DNA of 29,943 nt from Natrialbaceae archaeon Tc-Br11_E2g8 (GTDB lineage Archaea; Halobacteriota; Halobacteria; Halobacteriales; Natrialbaceae), in assembly GCA_001564115.1 (NCBI GenBank), contig LKNG01000005.1, positions 1 through 29,943 on the forward strand. The letters run 5' to 3'. A program made the position numbers and the translations under genes. Shown here piece after piece: positions 18,582 through 28,009 of this stretch (position 1 is its first letter; each line of letters starts with the position of its first letter). The notes under the pieces were generated by a model. It ran no database searches and was not told where the DNA came from. It worked only from the letters and a program-made list of their open reading frames with translations.

Positions 18582-20138
18582 TCAGCCGACGATCGCGATC
18601 GGAACGGGCATGAAACAGAGGACGCCGAGGACGAAGGTGACGACGCCGAGCAGGAGCCGTCCGCGGCCGAGTCGGCCGTCGTCGACCGGCCTGGCCGGCC
18701 CCGCGGCCGCGATCAGGGCCGCGAACAGTCCCCAGAACACCCAGATGAAAACCGAGTTGCCGCTGTAGTCGCCGACGTAGTAGAGGTAGCCGGCGAGTGC
18801 GAACAGCACGCCGGGGACCAGCGCGCCGATCGTCTCCTGGAGCTCCCCGATCATCGCCCGGAGGATGTGGCCACCGTCGAGCTGGCCGACCGGGATCAGG
18901 TTGAGGAAGGTGACGAACATCCCCACCCAGCCGCCGATGACGACCGGGTTTACCGCCGTCGTCGGATCCTCGCGGTACAGCGGCTGATCGACGGCCGTCG
19001 CGAGCAACTCGAGCAAGGGCGGGTAGCCGAGCTGGATGACGACGCCCGACTCCTCGACGACCTCCTGGGGGGCGTTGACCGGCGGCAGGTGGAGCCCGAC
19101 GACGGTGACGGCGACGGTCGCGACCAGCCCCGCCAGCGGTCCGGCGACGCCGATGTCGAAAAGCGCCCGCCGGTCGGGCATCCGCCCTTTCATCTTGATC
19201 ACTGCGCCCATCGTTCCGATCAGCGTCGGCACCGGCAGGAAGTACGGCAACGAGGCGTTCACGCGGTGATACCTGCTCAGGACGTAGTGGCCCATCTCGT
19301 GGACGCCGAGGACGAGCAAGATTGCGACCGAGAACGGCCAGGCCCGCCAGATCTCGGTCGGCTCCGCGAACGGGTCGATGTAGTACCACTGGGCGCCGGC
19401 GAACAGCGTCGAGAGCACCGTCGCGACGAACAGGACGACGTTCGTCCAGGGAACGCCGTCGATCCCGACGTCGACGGGCTCTGCGAGGAGGACGTACCGG
19501 TGATCGTCCGCCATCGGCGACGCCGCCTGCCCACGCGGTTCCGTCGCGTCGTCGACCCGCGACGCCGCGTCGTCGATCCGTGGCGTCGCGTCGTTGACCC
19601 GCGATGTCGTGTCGTCGACACGCGGCGTCGTACGCTCTTCGCCCACCGACCCGTCCTCACGTGCCGACCGCGTACCGTCCTCACGCACCGACCGCGTACC
19701 GTCCTCACGCGTCGACCGCGTACTCCCTTCAGCCACCGATCCCGTACCGTCCCTCGGGGTCGTCCCCTCGTCGCCCGTCGCCGACCGCCCGCCGGGCACC
19801 GCGTCCGCGGTCGTGAGGCGGACCTCGTAGCCCGCTTCCCGGAACACCGGCCAGAGCTCGCGAACCAGCGGCTCCGGGGGGACGAGCGGGCGACCGAAGT
19901 ACCGAAGCGTCGAGCCGTCACGGTCGACGGCGCTCACCCGGAACACCGGTTCGATCGCCTCGAGCGGGGGGCCGGCCTCGGCGGCGTCCGACCTGGCCAT
20001 CGCTACGACGTAGCGGTCGGCGGCATAAAACGGCTGTCGGTCGCGGAAGCCGGCCGTCGAGCCGGCAACGACGACCGCGGACGGTCCAGCGGGAACCACG
20101 ACCGGGCCGTTGGAACGCGGGGGGTCTGCCGTTGGCAC
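18582..20138 (-). CDS. M50-family site-2 protease (S2P) with an N-terminal soluble domain and a repeat-rich linker
   Basis: HExxH motif HEMGHYV, a second metal-ligand motif LDGGH, and multiple TM helices. The N-terminal roughly 120 aa are non-membrane and are followed by two tandem 8-aa repeat tracts. An alternative start is the ATG at 20000 (MARSD…). Confidence 0.75.
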   Translation of the reverse strand: MPTADPPRSNGPVVVPAGPSAVVVAGSTAGFRDRQPFYAADRYVVAMARSDAAEAGPPLEAIEPVFRVSAVDRDGSTLRYFGRPLVPPEPLVRELWPVFREAGYEVRLTTADAVPGGRSATGDEGTTPRDGTGSVAEGSTRSTREDGTRSVREDGTRSAREDGSVGEERTTPRVDDTTSRVNDATPRIDDAASRVDDATEPRGQAASPMADDHRYVLLAEPVDVGIDGVPWTNVVLFVATVLSTLFAGAQWYYIDPFAEPTEIWRAWPFSVAILLVLGVHEMGHYVLSRYHRVNASLPYFLPVPTLIGTMGAVIKMKGRMPDRRALFDIGVAGPLAGLVATVAVTVVGLHLPPVNAPQEVVEESGVVIQLGYPPLLELLATAVDQPLYREDPTTAVNPVVIGGWVGMFVTFLNLIPVGQLDGGHILRAMIGELQETIGALVPGVLFALAGYLYYVGDYSGNSVFIWVFWGLFAALIAAAGPARPVDDGRLGRGRLLLGVVTFVLGVLCFMPVPIAIVG

Positions 20139-20213
20139 GCGGGGAGTCTGGCGCCGACACGCGGGGGCCGTCCCGACGCCAGACGTCGAGTCAATTCGGA
20201 CTGTGTCGCCGGG

Positions 20214-20453
20214 TCAGGCCGCGTCGACGCGCCAGGTGGTCGCGCTCGTGTACGACCACTTCTCGATCTCGAGGTCGGCTGCCGACTCGGAGAGCTTGAC
20301 CATGAGCGCGCCGATCTCCTTCGGCGAGAGGCCGACGTCGTCGGCGATGAACTTGCCTTTGAAGTAGAGCTCGCCGTCCTCGACGCGCTCGCGGAGGTAC
20401 CGTTTCAGGCGGCGTTCCTTGCTTTCCGTGGAGGGTTGTGTCGTGGTGCTCAT
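20214..20453 (-). CDS. Small conserved protein (79 aa), possibly a winged-helix DNA-binding protein
   Basis: MSTTTQPSTESKERRLKRYLRERVEDGELYFKGKFIADDVGLSPKEIGALMVKLSE… has halophile-like composition and an HTH-like segment. It is on the same strand as the S2P gene and directly upstream of it, separated by 75 bp. Its start is an ATG inside the longer six-frame ORF. Confidence 0.5.
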   Translation of the reverse strand: MSTTTQPSTESKERRLKRYLRERVEDGELYFKGKFIADDVGLSPKEIGALMVKLSESAADLEIEKWSYTSATTWRVDAA

Positions 20454-20482
20454 CGACGTCGATCCCTCGGAACGGGGAGGGG

Positions 20483-20489
20483 TTATAAA
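20483..20489 (-). promoter_or_regulatory. Archaeal TATA box (TTTATAA on the minus strand) about 30 bp upstream of the small gene's ATG
   Basis: The plus strand reads ggttataaacgg, which is cacccgtTTATAAcc on the minus strand. The spacing fits a leaderless transcript. Confidence 0.55.
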
Positions 20490-20749
20490 CGGGTGATGGT
20501 TAGCGGCGTTTCGGCTCCTTTCGGGATGAAACGGCGAATACGGAGTTTTCGCCCGGTTTAACGAACCTTTCACGACGATCTCAACGGTCGTTAGACGTTT
20601 TAGAACCGAATCTGAGGGAGTAATACGATGTTACATGCTCCGGACCGAGAACGTCTCGTGGCTCCGGTCGGCCGTGCCTCGATCGCCGTCGATCGCCCCT
20701 CCCCGGTCGCGCGCGACGATGGATCGTCGGCCCTCGACGGTTCGGGGGC

Positions 20750-21571
20750 CTACTGACGTTCGTGGACCCAGAACTCGTCGTCGACGGTGACCTCCTTTTT
20801 GAACAGCGGCACCTCGTCTTTCAGCCGGTTGATGCCGTCTTCGACCGTCCGGAACGCCTCCTCGCGGTGGCCGGCGAGGACGACGACGAAGACGATGTCC
20901 TCGCCGTCGGTGACGACGCCGGTTCGGTGGAACAGCTCGACTTCGAAGACGCCCTCGCGAGCCCCGAGCTCCTCCCGGATGGTTCGGAGGCGCTGCTCGG
21001 CGACGCCCTCGTACTTCTCGAACTCGAGGAACTCCGTTCGCTCGTCGTCGGGGTCGTCTTTCGCACGGACGCGACCGGTGAACGTCGCGATGGCGCCCGC
21101 CCGGTCGGCGTCGGGGGAGGCTTTCACCCGGTCGACAAGCGAGCCGAGGGTCTCGTGGGGTTCGCTCGCGTGGAGCTCCTCTAGGAGGGCGTCGACGTCG
21201 AGCTCGTCGGGTCGGTCGACGGTCGCAATCGTGGTGTCGGTCGGCTCGGCGTCGCCGACGGCGACCGTCGGATACGAGAGCGAGTCGACGCCGACGACGA
21301 CGGCGTACGCACAGTCGACGGCGAGTTCGTCCAAGATGTCCCCCACGGATCGGTCGGTGCCGGTGGCCGTCCAGTCGCCGTCGGCGCCGAGCTCGTAGGT
21401 GACGTCGCCGCCGGGCGTGACGTTCGGTTCGCGCAGCTCCGGGGTGCCGTCGGCGATCGTCGCGTCGTAGCGGACGACGCCGACGCGTCCCTCCACCGAG
21501 AGGCGGTCGGTGATCCGGCCGAGAACGCCCTCGAGGCGGTCGCCGGCCCCGAGGATCCCGAGTACGTGCAT
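20750..21571 (-). CDS. moaE: Molybdopterin synthase catalytic-subunit (MoaE) domain fused to an N-terminal MobB-like domain with a degenerate P-loop
   Basis: The C-terminal half carries MoaE hallmarks (…IATFTGRVRA…FLEFEKYEGVAEQ…VVVLAGHREEAFRTVEDGINRLKDEVPLFKKE). The N-terminus MHVLGILGAGDRLEG…VGVVRYD aligns to MobB, but the GxxGxGKT Walker A is missing. Confidence 0.7.
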   Translation of the reverse strand: MHVLGILGAGDRLEGVLGRITDRLSVEGRVGVVRYDATIADGTPELREPNVTPGGDVTYELGADGDWTATGTDRSVGDILDELAVDCAYAVVVGVDSLSYPTVAVGDAEPTDTTIATVDRPDELDVDALLEELHASEPHETLGSLVDRVKASPDADRAGAIATFTGRVRAKDDPDDERTEFLEFEKYEGVAEQRLRTIREELGAREGVFEVELFHRTGVVTDGEDIVFVVVLAGHREEAFRTVEDGINRLKDEVPLFKKEVTVDDEFWVHERQ

Positions 21572-21624
21572 ATCCGTTTCGAGGACCGCTCGCGGCTTGT
21601 AGCTGTCGGGAGCCAGGTGGCAAT

Positions 21625-21633
21625 CCTTAAGAA
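21625..21633 (+). promoter_or_regulatory. TATA-like element (ccttaagaa) about 30 bp upstream of pyrH
   Basis: Position and composition only. Confidence 0.3.
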
Positions 21634-21658
21634 CGCAACCCGGTTAGAGCGCGGTAAG

Positions 21659-22375
21659 ATGAACGTGGTCGTCTCCATCGGCGGGAGCGTGCTCGTCCCC
21701 GAACCCGGCGCCGGGCGGGTCGAAGCACACGCCGCCGTCCTCGAGGAGCTCGTCGCGGACGGCTGTCGGGTCGGCGCCGTCGTCGGCGGCGGCGGCGTCG
21801 CACGCGAGTACATCGGCGCCGCACGGGCCCTCGGCGCCAACGAGATCGAACTCGACCAGCTCGGAATCGACGTCACCCGGCTCAACGCCCGGCTGTTGAT
21901 CGCCGCCCTCGGCGAGGGGACGGTGACGGCGCCGGCCCACGACTACGAGGAGGCCGGCGACGCCCTGCGTGCGGGGAACGTCTGTGTCATGGGTGGGGTC
22001 GCTCCGGCCCAGACGACCGACGCCGTCGGCGCCGCTCTCGCCGAGTACATCGACGCCGACCTGCTCGTCTACGCGACGAGCGTCCCCGGCGTCTACGACG
22101 CCGACCCCAACGAGGACGACGACGCGAGGAAGTACGATCGGCTCTCGGCCGACGAACTCGTCGACGTCATCGCCGGCCTCGAGATGAACGCGGGCTCGTC
22201 GGCGCCCGTCGACCTGCTGGCGGCGAAGATCATCGGCCGGTCGGGGATGCGAACGATCGTCCTCGACGGCACCGACCCGGAGCGGATCGCCCGGGCGGTA
22301 CGCCACGGCGACCACGAGGGAACCGACGTCGTCCCCGAAGGCGTAAACGAGGAGCCGACCTACTGGGCCCAGTGA
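21659..22375 (+). CDS. pyrH: Uridylate (UMP) kinase
   Basis: MNVVVSIGGSVL…, VVGGGGVAREYI and …DPNEDDDARKYDRLS… match the amino-acid-kinase-fold pattern of archaeal PyrH. The stop overlaps the lysRS start. Confidence 0.85.
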   Translation: MNVVVSIGGSVLVPEPGAGRVEAHAAVLEELVADGCRVGAVVGGGGVAREYIGAARALGANEIELDQLGIDVTRLNARLLIAALGEGTVTAPAHDYEEAGDALRAGNVCVMGGVAPAQTTDAVGAALAEYIDADLLVYATSVPGVYDADPNEDDDARKYDRLSADELVDVIAGLEMNAGSSAPVDLLAAKIIGRSGMRTIVLDGTDPERIARAVRHGDHEGTDVVPEGVNEEPTYWAQ

Positions 22376-24057
22376 TGGACACCGGAACCCGGGACGACGC
22401 GGCGGGCGAGATCGACGCCGCGAGCCCGTACACGATCCAGTCCGCGGACGACCGCCGTCACGCCTTCTGGGCAGACGTCGTCGCAGACGAGATCGAACGT
22501 CGGGGGCCCGAGGAGCCGATCGTGATCAAAGGCGGCATCTCCCCGTCCGGCGTCCCACACCTCGGGAACGTAAACGAGATCATGCGGGGGTACTACGTCG
22601 CCGAGGTCCTCCGGGAGCGCGGCCACGAGGTCCGGCAGGTGTTCACGAGCGACGACCGGGACCCGCTGCGGAAGCTCCCGCGGACGCTCTGTGACCTCGA
22701 CGGGGAGCTCGTCGGGCTGGGGGAGGTCGACGCCGGCGCGCTGGGTCGAAACCTCGGCGTACCGTACACGGACGTCCCCGACCCTTTCGGCTGCTGTGGC
22801 TCCTACGGCGAGCACTTCTCGACGATCATCCGACGGAGCGCGGATGCCCTCGGCGTGCCGATCGAGCTCGTCTCGACGACCGAGCTCTACACCTCGGGGC
22901 GCCTCGAGGGGGTGACCCGCCACGTCCTCGCCAACCGCGAACGCGCCCGCGAGGTACTCTCGGCCTACCAGGGGAAAGTCGACGACGAGTACGTCCCGTT
23001 CAACCCGATCTGTGAGGCCTGCGGGAAGGTCACCGAGACGGTGACGGACGTCGACCTGGAGCGTGAGACCGTCGAGTACCGCTGTACCGACATGGAGGCC
23101 GGCGATCGGACGATCGAGGGCTGTGGCCACGAGGGGACGGCGACCCTCCGTGAGGGGAAGATGCCCTGGCGCTTCGAGTGGCCCGCCCAGTGGGAGGTCC
23201 TCGGCGTCGACTTCGAACCGTTCGGGAAAGACCACGCCGAGGGCTCCTGGCCCAGCGGCGAGGACGTCGCCCGGAACGTACTGGGGATCGAACCGCCCGT
23301 GCCGATGGTCTACGAGTGGTTCACACTCGACGGGGAGCCTTTCTCCTCTTCGGCCGGCAACGTGATCCTCGTCTCGGAGGTCCTCGAGCTACTCGAGCCC
23401 GAGGTCCTGCGATACTTCTTCGCGAAAGACCCTGCGAAGGCCCGGGACTTCAGCGTCGAGCGCCTGGACCTGCTGGTCGACGAGTTCGACCGGTTCGAGG
23501 CGATCTACTTCGGGGAGGTGGCCGCGAGCGAGGACGAGCGGGCGTTCGCCGAGCGGGTCTACCCGCTCGTCGTCGAGGAGGTCCACGAGGAGCGGATCCG
23601 GCTCCCGTACACGTTCGCCGCGGTGCTCGGGATGACCGACGACCCCGCCCTCCGCGAGGAGATCGCCCGCCGCGAGGGACACGTGCCCGATGACGCCCCC
23701 GACTGGGCGGTCGAGGCCGCACTCGCACGGGTCGAGCGCGCGCGAAACTGGGCTCGACGGACCCAAAACGAGTTCGACTACGAACTCAAGCGGACGACGC
23801 TGCCCGACCACGAGTTCGACGCGGCTACCGAGGCCGCCCTCGAGGAGCTCGCCGACTTCGTCGAGACCGATCCCGGCCCCGAGGAGCTCCAGGGGGAGAT
23901 ATACGAGACGGCAAAGCGCCACGACGTCCCGGTCGGGGAGTTCTTCGCCGCCGGCTACCGGCTCTTTTTCGACGAGCGTCAGGGGCCGAAGCTCGGGCCG
24001 TTCCTCGCGAAGGTCGACCGGGAGTTCGTCGTCGACCGGCTCCGCCGGGAGCGGTAG
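22372..24057 (+). CDS. lysS: Lysyl-tRNA synthetase, class I
   Basis: Class-I LysRS signature …IKGGISPSGVPHLGNVNE… (a HIGH-type motif), a Cys cluster (CEACGK…C…C) and a KMS-like region. It has the typical length of about 560 aa. The start is the GTG at 22372 or the ATG at 22375. Confidence 0.9.
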   Translation: MMDTGTRDDAAGEIDAASPYTIQSADDRRHAFWADVVADEIERRGPEEPIVIKGGISPSGVPHLGNVNEIMRGYYVAEVLRERGHEVRQVFTSDDRDPLRKLPRTLCDLDGELVGLGEVDAGALGRNLGVPYTDVPDPFGCCGSYGEHFSTIIRRSADALGVPIELVSTTELYTSGRLEGVTRHVLANRERAREVLSAYQGKVDDEYVPFNPICEACGKVTETVTDVDLERETVEYRCTDMEAGDRTIEGCGHEGTATLREGKMPWRFEWPAQWEVLGVDFEPFGKDHAEGSWPSGEDVARNVLGIEPPVPMVYEWFTLDGEPFSSSAGNVILVSEVLELLEPEVLRYFFAKDPAKARDFSVERLDLLVDEFDRFEAIYFGEVAASEDERAFAERVYPLVVEEVHEERIRLPYTFAAVLGMTDDPALREEIARREGHVPDDAPDWAVEAALARVERARNWARRTQNEFDYELKRTTLPDHEFDAATEAALEELADFVETDPGPEELQGEIYETAKRHDVPVGEFFAAGYRLFFDERQGPKLGPFLAKVDREFVVDRLRRER

Positions 24058-24171
24058 CCGACACGACTCTGCCGGGAGCGGTAGTCCGTCTGCGCGACGA
24101 ATCAATACCGACCGGCCCGGAGTCGGCGTGGTAGGCCCACGTGAACCACCCGGTCGATCCGGTTTCGAGAC

Positions 24172-24234
24172 CGGTACGCACCCGTGAACGATCGAGCCGG
24201 TCGGCCCCGAAATCGGTACGCACCCGTGAACGAT
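24172..24234. repeat. Two perfect 21-bp direct repeats (cggtacgcacccgtgaacgat) at 24172–24192 and 24214–24234, upstream of the lipoprotein gene
   Basis: Read directly. They lie 27–89 bp upstream of the ATG at 24261 and are a candidate paired operator. Confidence 0.6.
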
Positions 24235-24260
24235 GAGCTACCGCAGCCACGGTAGCGGGC

Positions 24261-25697
24261 ATGAGGGAATCTGACGTACCGAGGCGCCGTCTCCTCGCGG
24301 CGGTCGGCTCGGGCACGACTCTGACGATCGCCGGCTGTGCCGGCGGCGGAGATTCCGACGACGGAGCGGGCGACGACGCCGAGAACGGCGACGGTGACGC
24401 CGAGGACGACGCCGAGGACGGTGACGATGACGAGGACGACGAGAACGGCGACGACGACGAGGGCGACGAACTCGACGAGGACGCCCGGTGTGAGGGCGGC
24501 CCCTCCGTCGGGACGCCGATCGAGACGTTCGACGAGCCGTTCCTGACCGACGAGGCCCAGTGGTCGGCGTCGCTTGGCGCGTCTATGGAGTTGATCACCG
24601 ACGACGTCTACTGTGGGGATCGATCGGTCGAACTCCGCCAGCGCGACGACGACGGCGAGTTCCACGGGCGACTCGACTGGCGACCGGTCGCGCCCGTGGA
24701 TCTCTCGGGGCGTGATTTCTCGATCGCGTTCAGCGTGCCGGCGGATCTCGACGGGCTCGCGGGGTACGTCGATCTGCGGCTCGGCGACGTCGACGGGAAC
24801 GTGCTCGTCTTCCGGGCCGACGCCTCCTCGACGTCGGTGCTCACGGAGTCGGCGGAGTGGCTGCGGATCGACTTCGGGCTCCCCAACGCGAGCCCGGACG
24901 AGATAGACACCAGCCGGATCATCGAGGTCGGCATCGATCCCTGGCGATCGGCCGAGACCGTCCGGATCGACGATTTCAGGGCCGTTCCGAACGCCGGGGA
25001 GGCACACCTGTTGGTCGACATCGACAACCCCGAACGCAAGGGCGACGAGACGGGATTTCTCGACGTCTTCGATAGGTGGGGGTATCCGTGCGTGATGGGC
25101 GTCGACGCCGTCTACGCCCGCGACGAGGCGGAGGTGATGGACGTCGACTGGCTGCTCGCGGCCCAGGCGGACGGACACGAGGTCTGCACCAAGCTCACGG
25201 GCACCGTCGTCGAGGAAGCCGTCGGGGTGAACACCGCGGACCTGAGCGAGCTCTCGGCCGACCAGCAGGCCGAGGCGATCGCGCACAACCGACGGCTGCT
25301 CGAGGAGTTCGGTCTCGACAGCGGCCTGGACACCGTCGTCTACACGTTCAACAACTGGTCGGCCGGCACCCGCGAGGCCCTCGAGGGGAACGTCCGGTGG
25401 GGTCGGGATTCGGGAACGGGTGCCTGTGGACACCTGATCACCGAGCCGTACGGGCTCCCGGGACACAACATCGACAACGCGGCCGTCGAGGACGTGACCT
25501 GGCGGATCGATCGAGCCGTCGAACACGGGCTCTTTCTCAACCTCTATCTCCACCCCGAGGCCGTCCCCGACGACCGGCTGGACGCCATCCTAGAGCACGT
25601 CCACGGCCACGTCGAGGCCGGACGCCTCGAGGTGATCACTCACAGCGAGCTCACGGAGATCGTCGACGGGATGGAGGGCGCAGACGGCGCGGACTGA
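24261..25697 (+). CDS. Tat lipoprotein with a poly-acidic linker. The extracytoplasmic domain is of unknown function.
   Basis: RRRLLAAVGSGTTLTIAGC (Tat signal plus lipobox), then a run of about 60 aa made of D/E/G. The rest is a globular domain for which I can recognise no family. Confidence 0.6.
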   Translation: MRESDVPRRRLLAAVGSGTTLTIAGCAGGGDSDDGAGDDAENGDGDAEDDAEDGDDDEDDENGDDDEGDELDEDARCEGGPSVGTPIETFDEPFLTDEAQWSASLGASMELITDDVYCGDRSVELRQRDDDGEFHGRLDWRPVAPVDLSGRDFSIAFSVPADLDGLAGYVDLRLGDVDGNVLVFRADASSTSVLTESAEWLRIDFGLPNASPDEIDTSRIIEVGIDPWRSAETVRIDDFRAVPNAGEAHLLVDIDNPERKGDETGFLDVFDRWGYPCVMGVDAVYARDEAEVMDVDWLLAAQADGHEVCTKLTGTVVEEAVGVNTADLSELSADQQAEAIAHNRRLLEEFGLDSGLDTVVYTFNNWSAGTREALEGNVRWGRDSGTGACGHLITEPYGLPGHNIDNAAVEDVTWRIDRAVEHGLFLNLYLHPEAVPDDRLDAILEHVHGHVEAGRLEVITHSELTEIVDGMEGADGAD

Positions 25698-25805
25698 CCG
25701 TCGACGGGATGGAGGGCGCAGACGGCGCGGACCGGCCGTCGACTGGCGAACCGATCGTCGACGTAGACAAAAGCCATTTGAGAGCCCGTCCCCGAGTGTA
25801 TCCCA

Positions 25806-27629
25806 ATGTCCGGCCCCGCAGTTCCCGCTTTCCTCTCGCCGTCGAGTACGCTCACGTGGGTGCTCGCCGGGTTCGGCGTCTACTGGCTCGCGCTGATCGC
25901 GCTCCGAAATCGCGGGTTGCTCCCGAGCTACGTCGGCACGCAGGGGCCGATCGTCACGATCCACACGAAACGCGGCCGGCAGTTTCTCGACCGTCTCTCG
26001 AAGCCCAAACGGTTCTGGCGGGCCTGGGCGAACGTCGGCGTCGGCATCTCGCTCGTGGTCATGCTGGCGATGTTCGTCGTGTTGCTCACCGCCGCCTTCG
26101 GCGCGCTCCAGACGACCGAGACGACCCAGGTCCAACAGCCCCAGAACGTCCTCGTCATCCCGGGGGTCAACGACTTCCTCCCGCTGTCGGCGGCCCCGGG
26201 GATCGTCTTCGGCCTGCTCGTCGGGCTGGTCGTCCACGAGGGGGGTCACGGCCTGCTCTGTCGGGTCGAGGGGATCGACATCGAATCGATGGGCGTCGCC
26301 ACCCTCGCGATCCTCCCGATCGGCGCGTTCGTCGAACCCGACGCCGAAGACCAGTACGAGGCCAGCCGCGGCGGCCAGACCCGGATGTTCGCCGCCGGCG
26401 TCACGTTCAACTTCGCCGTGACGATCGTCGCCTTCGCGTTGCTCTTCGGTCCCGTCGCCGGCGCGATCACGGTCGCTCCCGGCGCGGCCGTCGGCGGCGT
26501 CGCGCCGGGCTCGTCGGCCGGCGAGGCCGGGATCGAGCCCAACGACCGGATCACGGCGGTCGACGGAACCCCGGTCGAGACCAACGAGGAGCTCTCGACG
26601 GTCCTCGGGGACACCGAGGCGGGCGAGGTGACAGTCGAGATCGACGACGGTGACCGGGAGGTGGCCGTCGAGCGCTCGCTGCTCGTGACCGCCGCGGTCC
26701 CGAACGGTCCGACGAGCGTCTCGAGTGGTGACACGATCCGCGCCGTCGACGGCGAGCCCGTGGCCACGGAGGCCGACTTCCGCTCGGCCGTCGGCGACCG
26801 GGAGGTCGTGACGCTCACCGTCGAACGCGACGGCGACCGCGAGGACCGAACGGCGCCGATCGGCGCCGCGCTCGCGGTCGTCGAGGACGGGCCGTTCGCG
26901 GCGGCGGGTGCCCCGGTCGGCGATGGCCACGTGGTCACCTCGATCGACGGCGAGCGGATCTACTCCTACGGCGACCTCCAGGCCACACTCGACGAGCGGA
27001 GTCCGGGTGAGGAGGTGACGATCGTCAGCCACCACGACGGCGACCGCGAGGAGTACGCGGTGACCCTCGGCGAGCGAAACGGCGCCGCTTTCCTCGGCGT
27101 CCAGGGGGTCTCGGGCGTCTCCGGGCTCGTCGTGAGCGACCTCGGGGTCGACCTCTACCCCGCCGCCGAGTATCTGGCCGTGCTCGGTGGCGACGCCGAC
27201 GTCTCCGAGAACCCGGTGCTCGCCTCGTTCGCCGACTCGTTTCTCGGCAAGTCGATGATCGTCCTCCTGTTGCCGATCGCCGGCGTCGTCGGCGTGCTCC
27301 CGTTCAACTTCGCCGGCTTCACCGCCGGCGTGGAGAACTTCTTTGCCGTCCAGGGACCGCTCGCCGGGCTCGGGGAGCTGCCGGTGTTCGTCGTCGCGAA
27401 CCTCCTCTTTTGGACCGGCTGGATCAACGTCCAGCTCGGCTTTTTCAACTGCATCCCGGCGTTCCCGCTCGACGGCGGCCACATCCTCCGGACGACCACC
27501 GAGGCGATCGTCTCGCGGCTCCCGATCGACGCCACCCGCGGGATGGTCCGGACGGTGACGACGACCGTCGGGCTAACGATGCTCGTCAGCTTCCTGGTGA
27601 TGGTGTTCGGCCCGACGCTGCTCAGTTAA
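25806..27629 (+). CDS. M50-family site-2 protease with multiple PDZ-like domains
   Basis: HEGGHGL (HExxH) in a TM helix and LDGGH near the C-terminus. The central roughly 300 aa carry repeated PDZ-like GxxAxxAG / DxIxAVDG segments. There are TM helices at both ends. Confidence 0.85.
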   Translation: MSGPAVPAFLSPSSTLTWVLAGFGVYWLALIALRNRGLLPSYVGTQGPIVTIHTKRGRQFLDRLSKPKRFWRAWANVGVGISLVVMLAMFVVLLTAAFGALQTTETTQVQQPQNVLVIPGVNDFLPLSAAPGIVFGLLVGLVVHEGGHGLLCRVEGIDIESMGVATLAILPIGAFVEPDAEDQYEASRGGQTRMFAAGVTFNFAVTIVAFALLFGPVAGAITVAPGAAVGGVAPGSSAGEAGIEPNDRITAVDGTPVETNEELSTVLGDTEAGEVTVEIDDGDREVAVERSLLVTAAVPNGPTSVSSGDTIRAVDGEPVATEADFRSAVGDREVVTLTVERDGDREDRTAPIGAALAVVEDGPFAAAGAPVGDGHVVTSIDGERIYSYGDLQATLDERSPGEEVTIVSHHDGDREEYAVTLGERNGAAFLGVQGVSGVSGLVVSDLGVDLYPAAEYLAVLGGDADVSENPVLASFADSFLGKSMIVLLLPIAGVVGVLPFNFAGFTAGVENFFAVQGPLAGLGELPVFVVANLLFWTGWINVQLGFFNCIPAFPLDGGHILRTTTEAIVSRLPIDATRGMVRTVTTTVGLTMLVSFLVMVFGPTLLS

Positions 27630-28009
27630 GCGATCTGGTCGGCGTAGTCGGCGGCCGCGAGCAGCCCCTCGAGCTCTCCCGCGTCGGCCGGCTCGATCTC
27701 GATCATCCACCCCTCGCCGTAGGGGTCGTCGTTGACGAGCTCGGGTGCGTCGAAAAGCGCCTCGTTGACCCCGACGACCTCGCCGCTTACGGGCGCGTAC
27801 AGGTCCGAGACGGCCTTGATCGACTCGACCACGCCGAACGCCTCCTCCCGGTCGACGGCGTCGCCGACGTCGGGCAGCTCGACGAAGACGACGTCGCCGA
27901 GCTCGTCCTGGGCGAACTCGGAGATGCCGACCCGGACCGTGCCGTCGGTTTCGAGGGCCCACTCGTGTGATTCCAGGTACCGTCTGTCGTCGGGAGTCTC
28001 GAAGCTCAT
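27626..28009 (-). CDS. gcvH: Glycine cleavage system H protein
   Basis: SHEWA…[20 protein letters not shown]… and the lipoyl-lysine motif [18 protein letters not shown]. 127 aa. The start overlaps the gcvT stop (ATGA). Confidence 0.9.
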   Translation of the reverse strand: MSFETPDDRRYLESHEWALETDGTVRVGISEFAQDELGDVVFVELPDVGDAVDREEAFGVVESIKAVSDLYAPVSGEVVGVNEALFDAPELVNDDPYGEGWMIEIEPADAGELEGLLAAADYADQIA

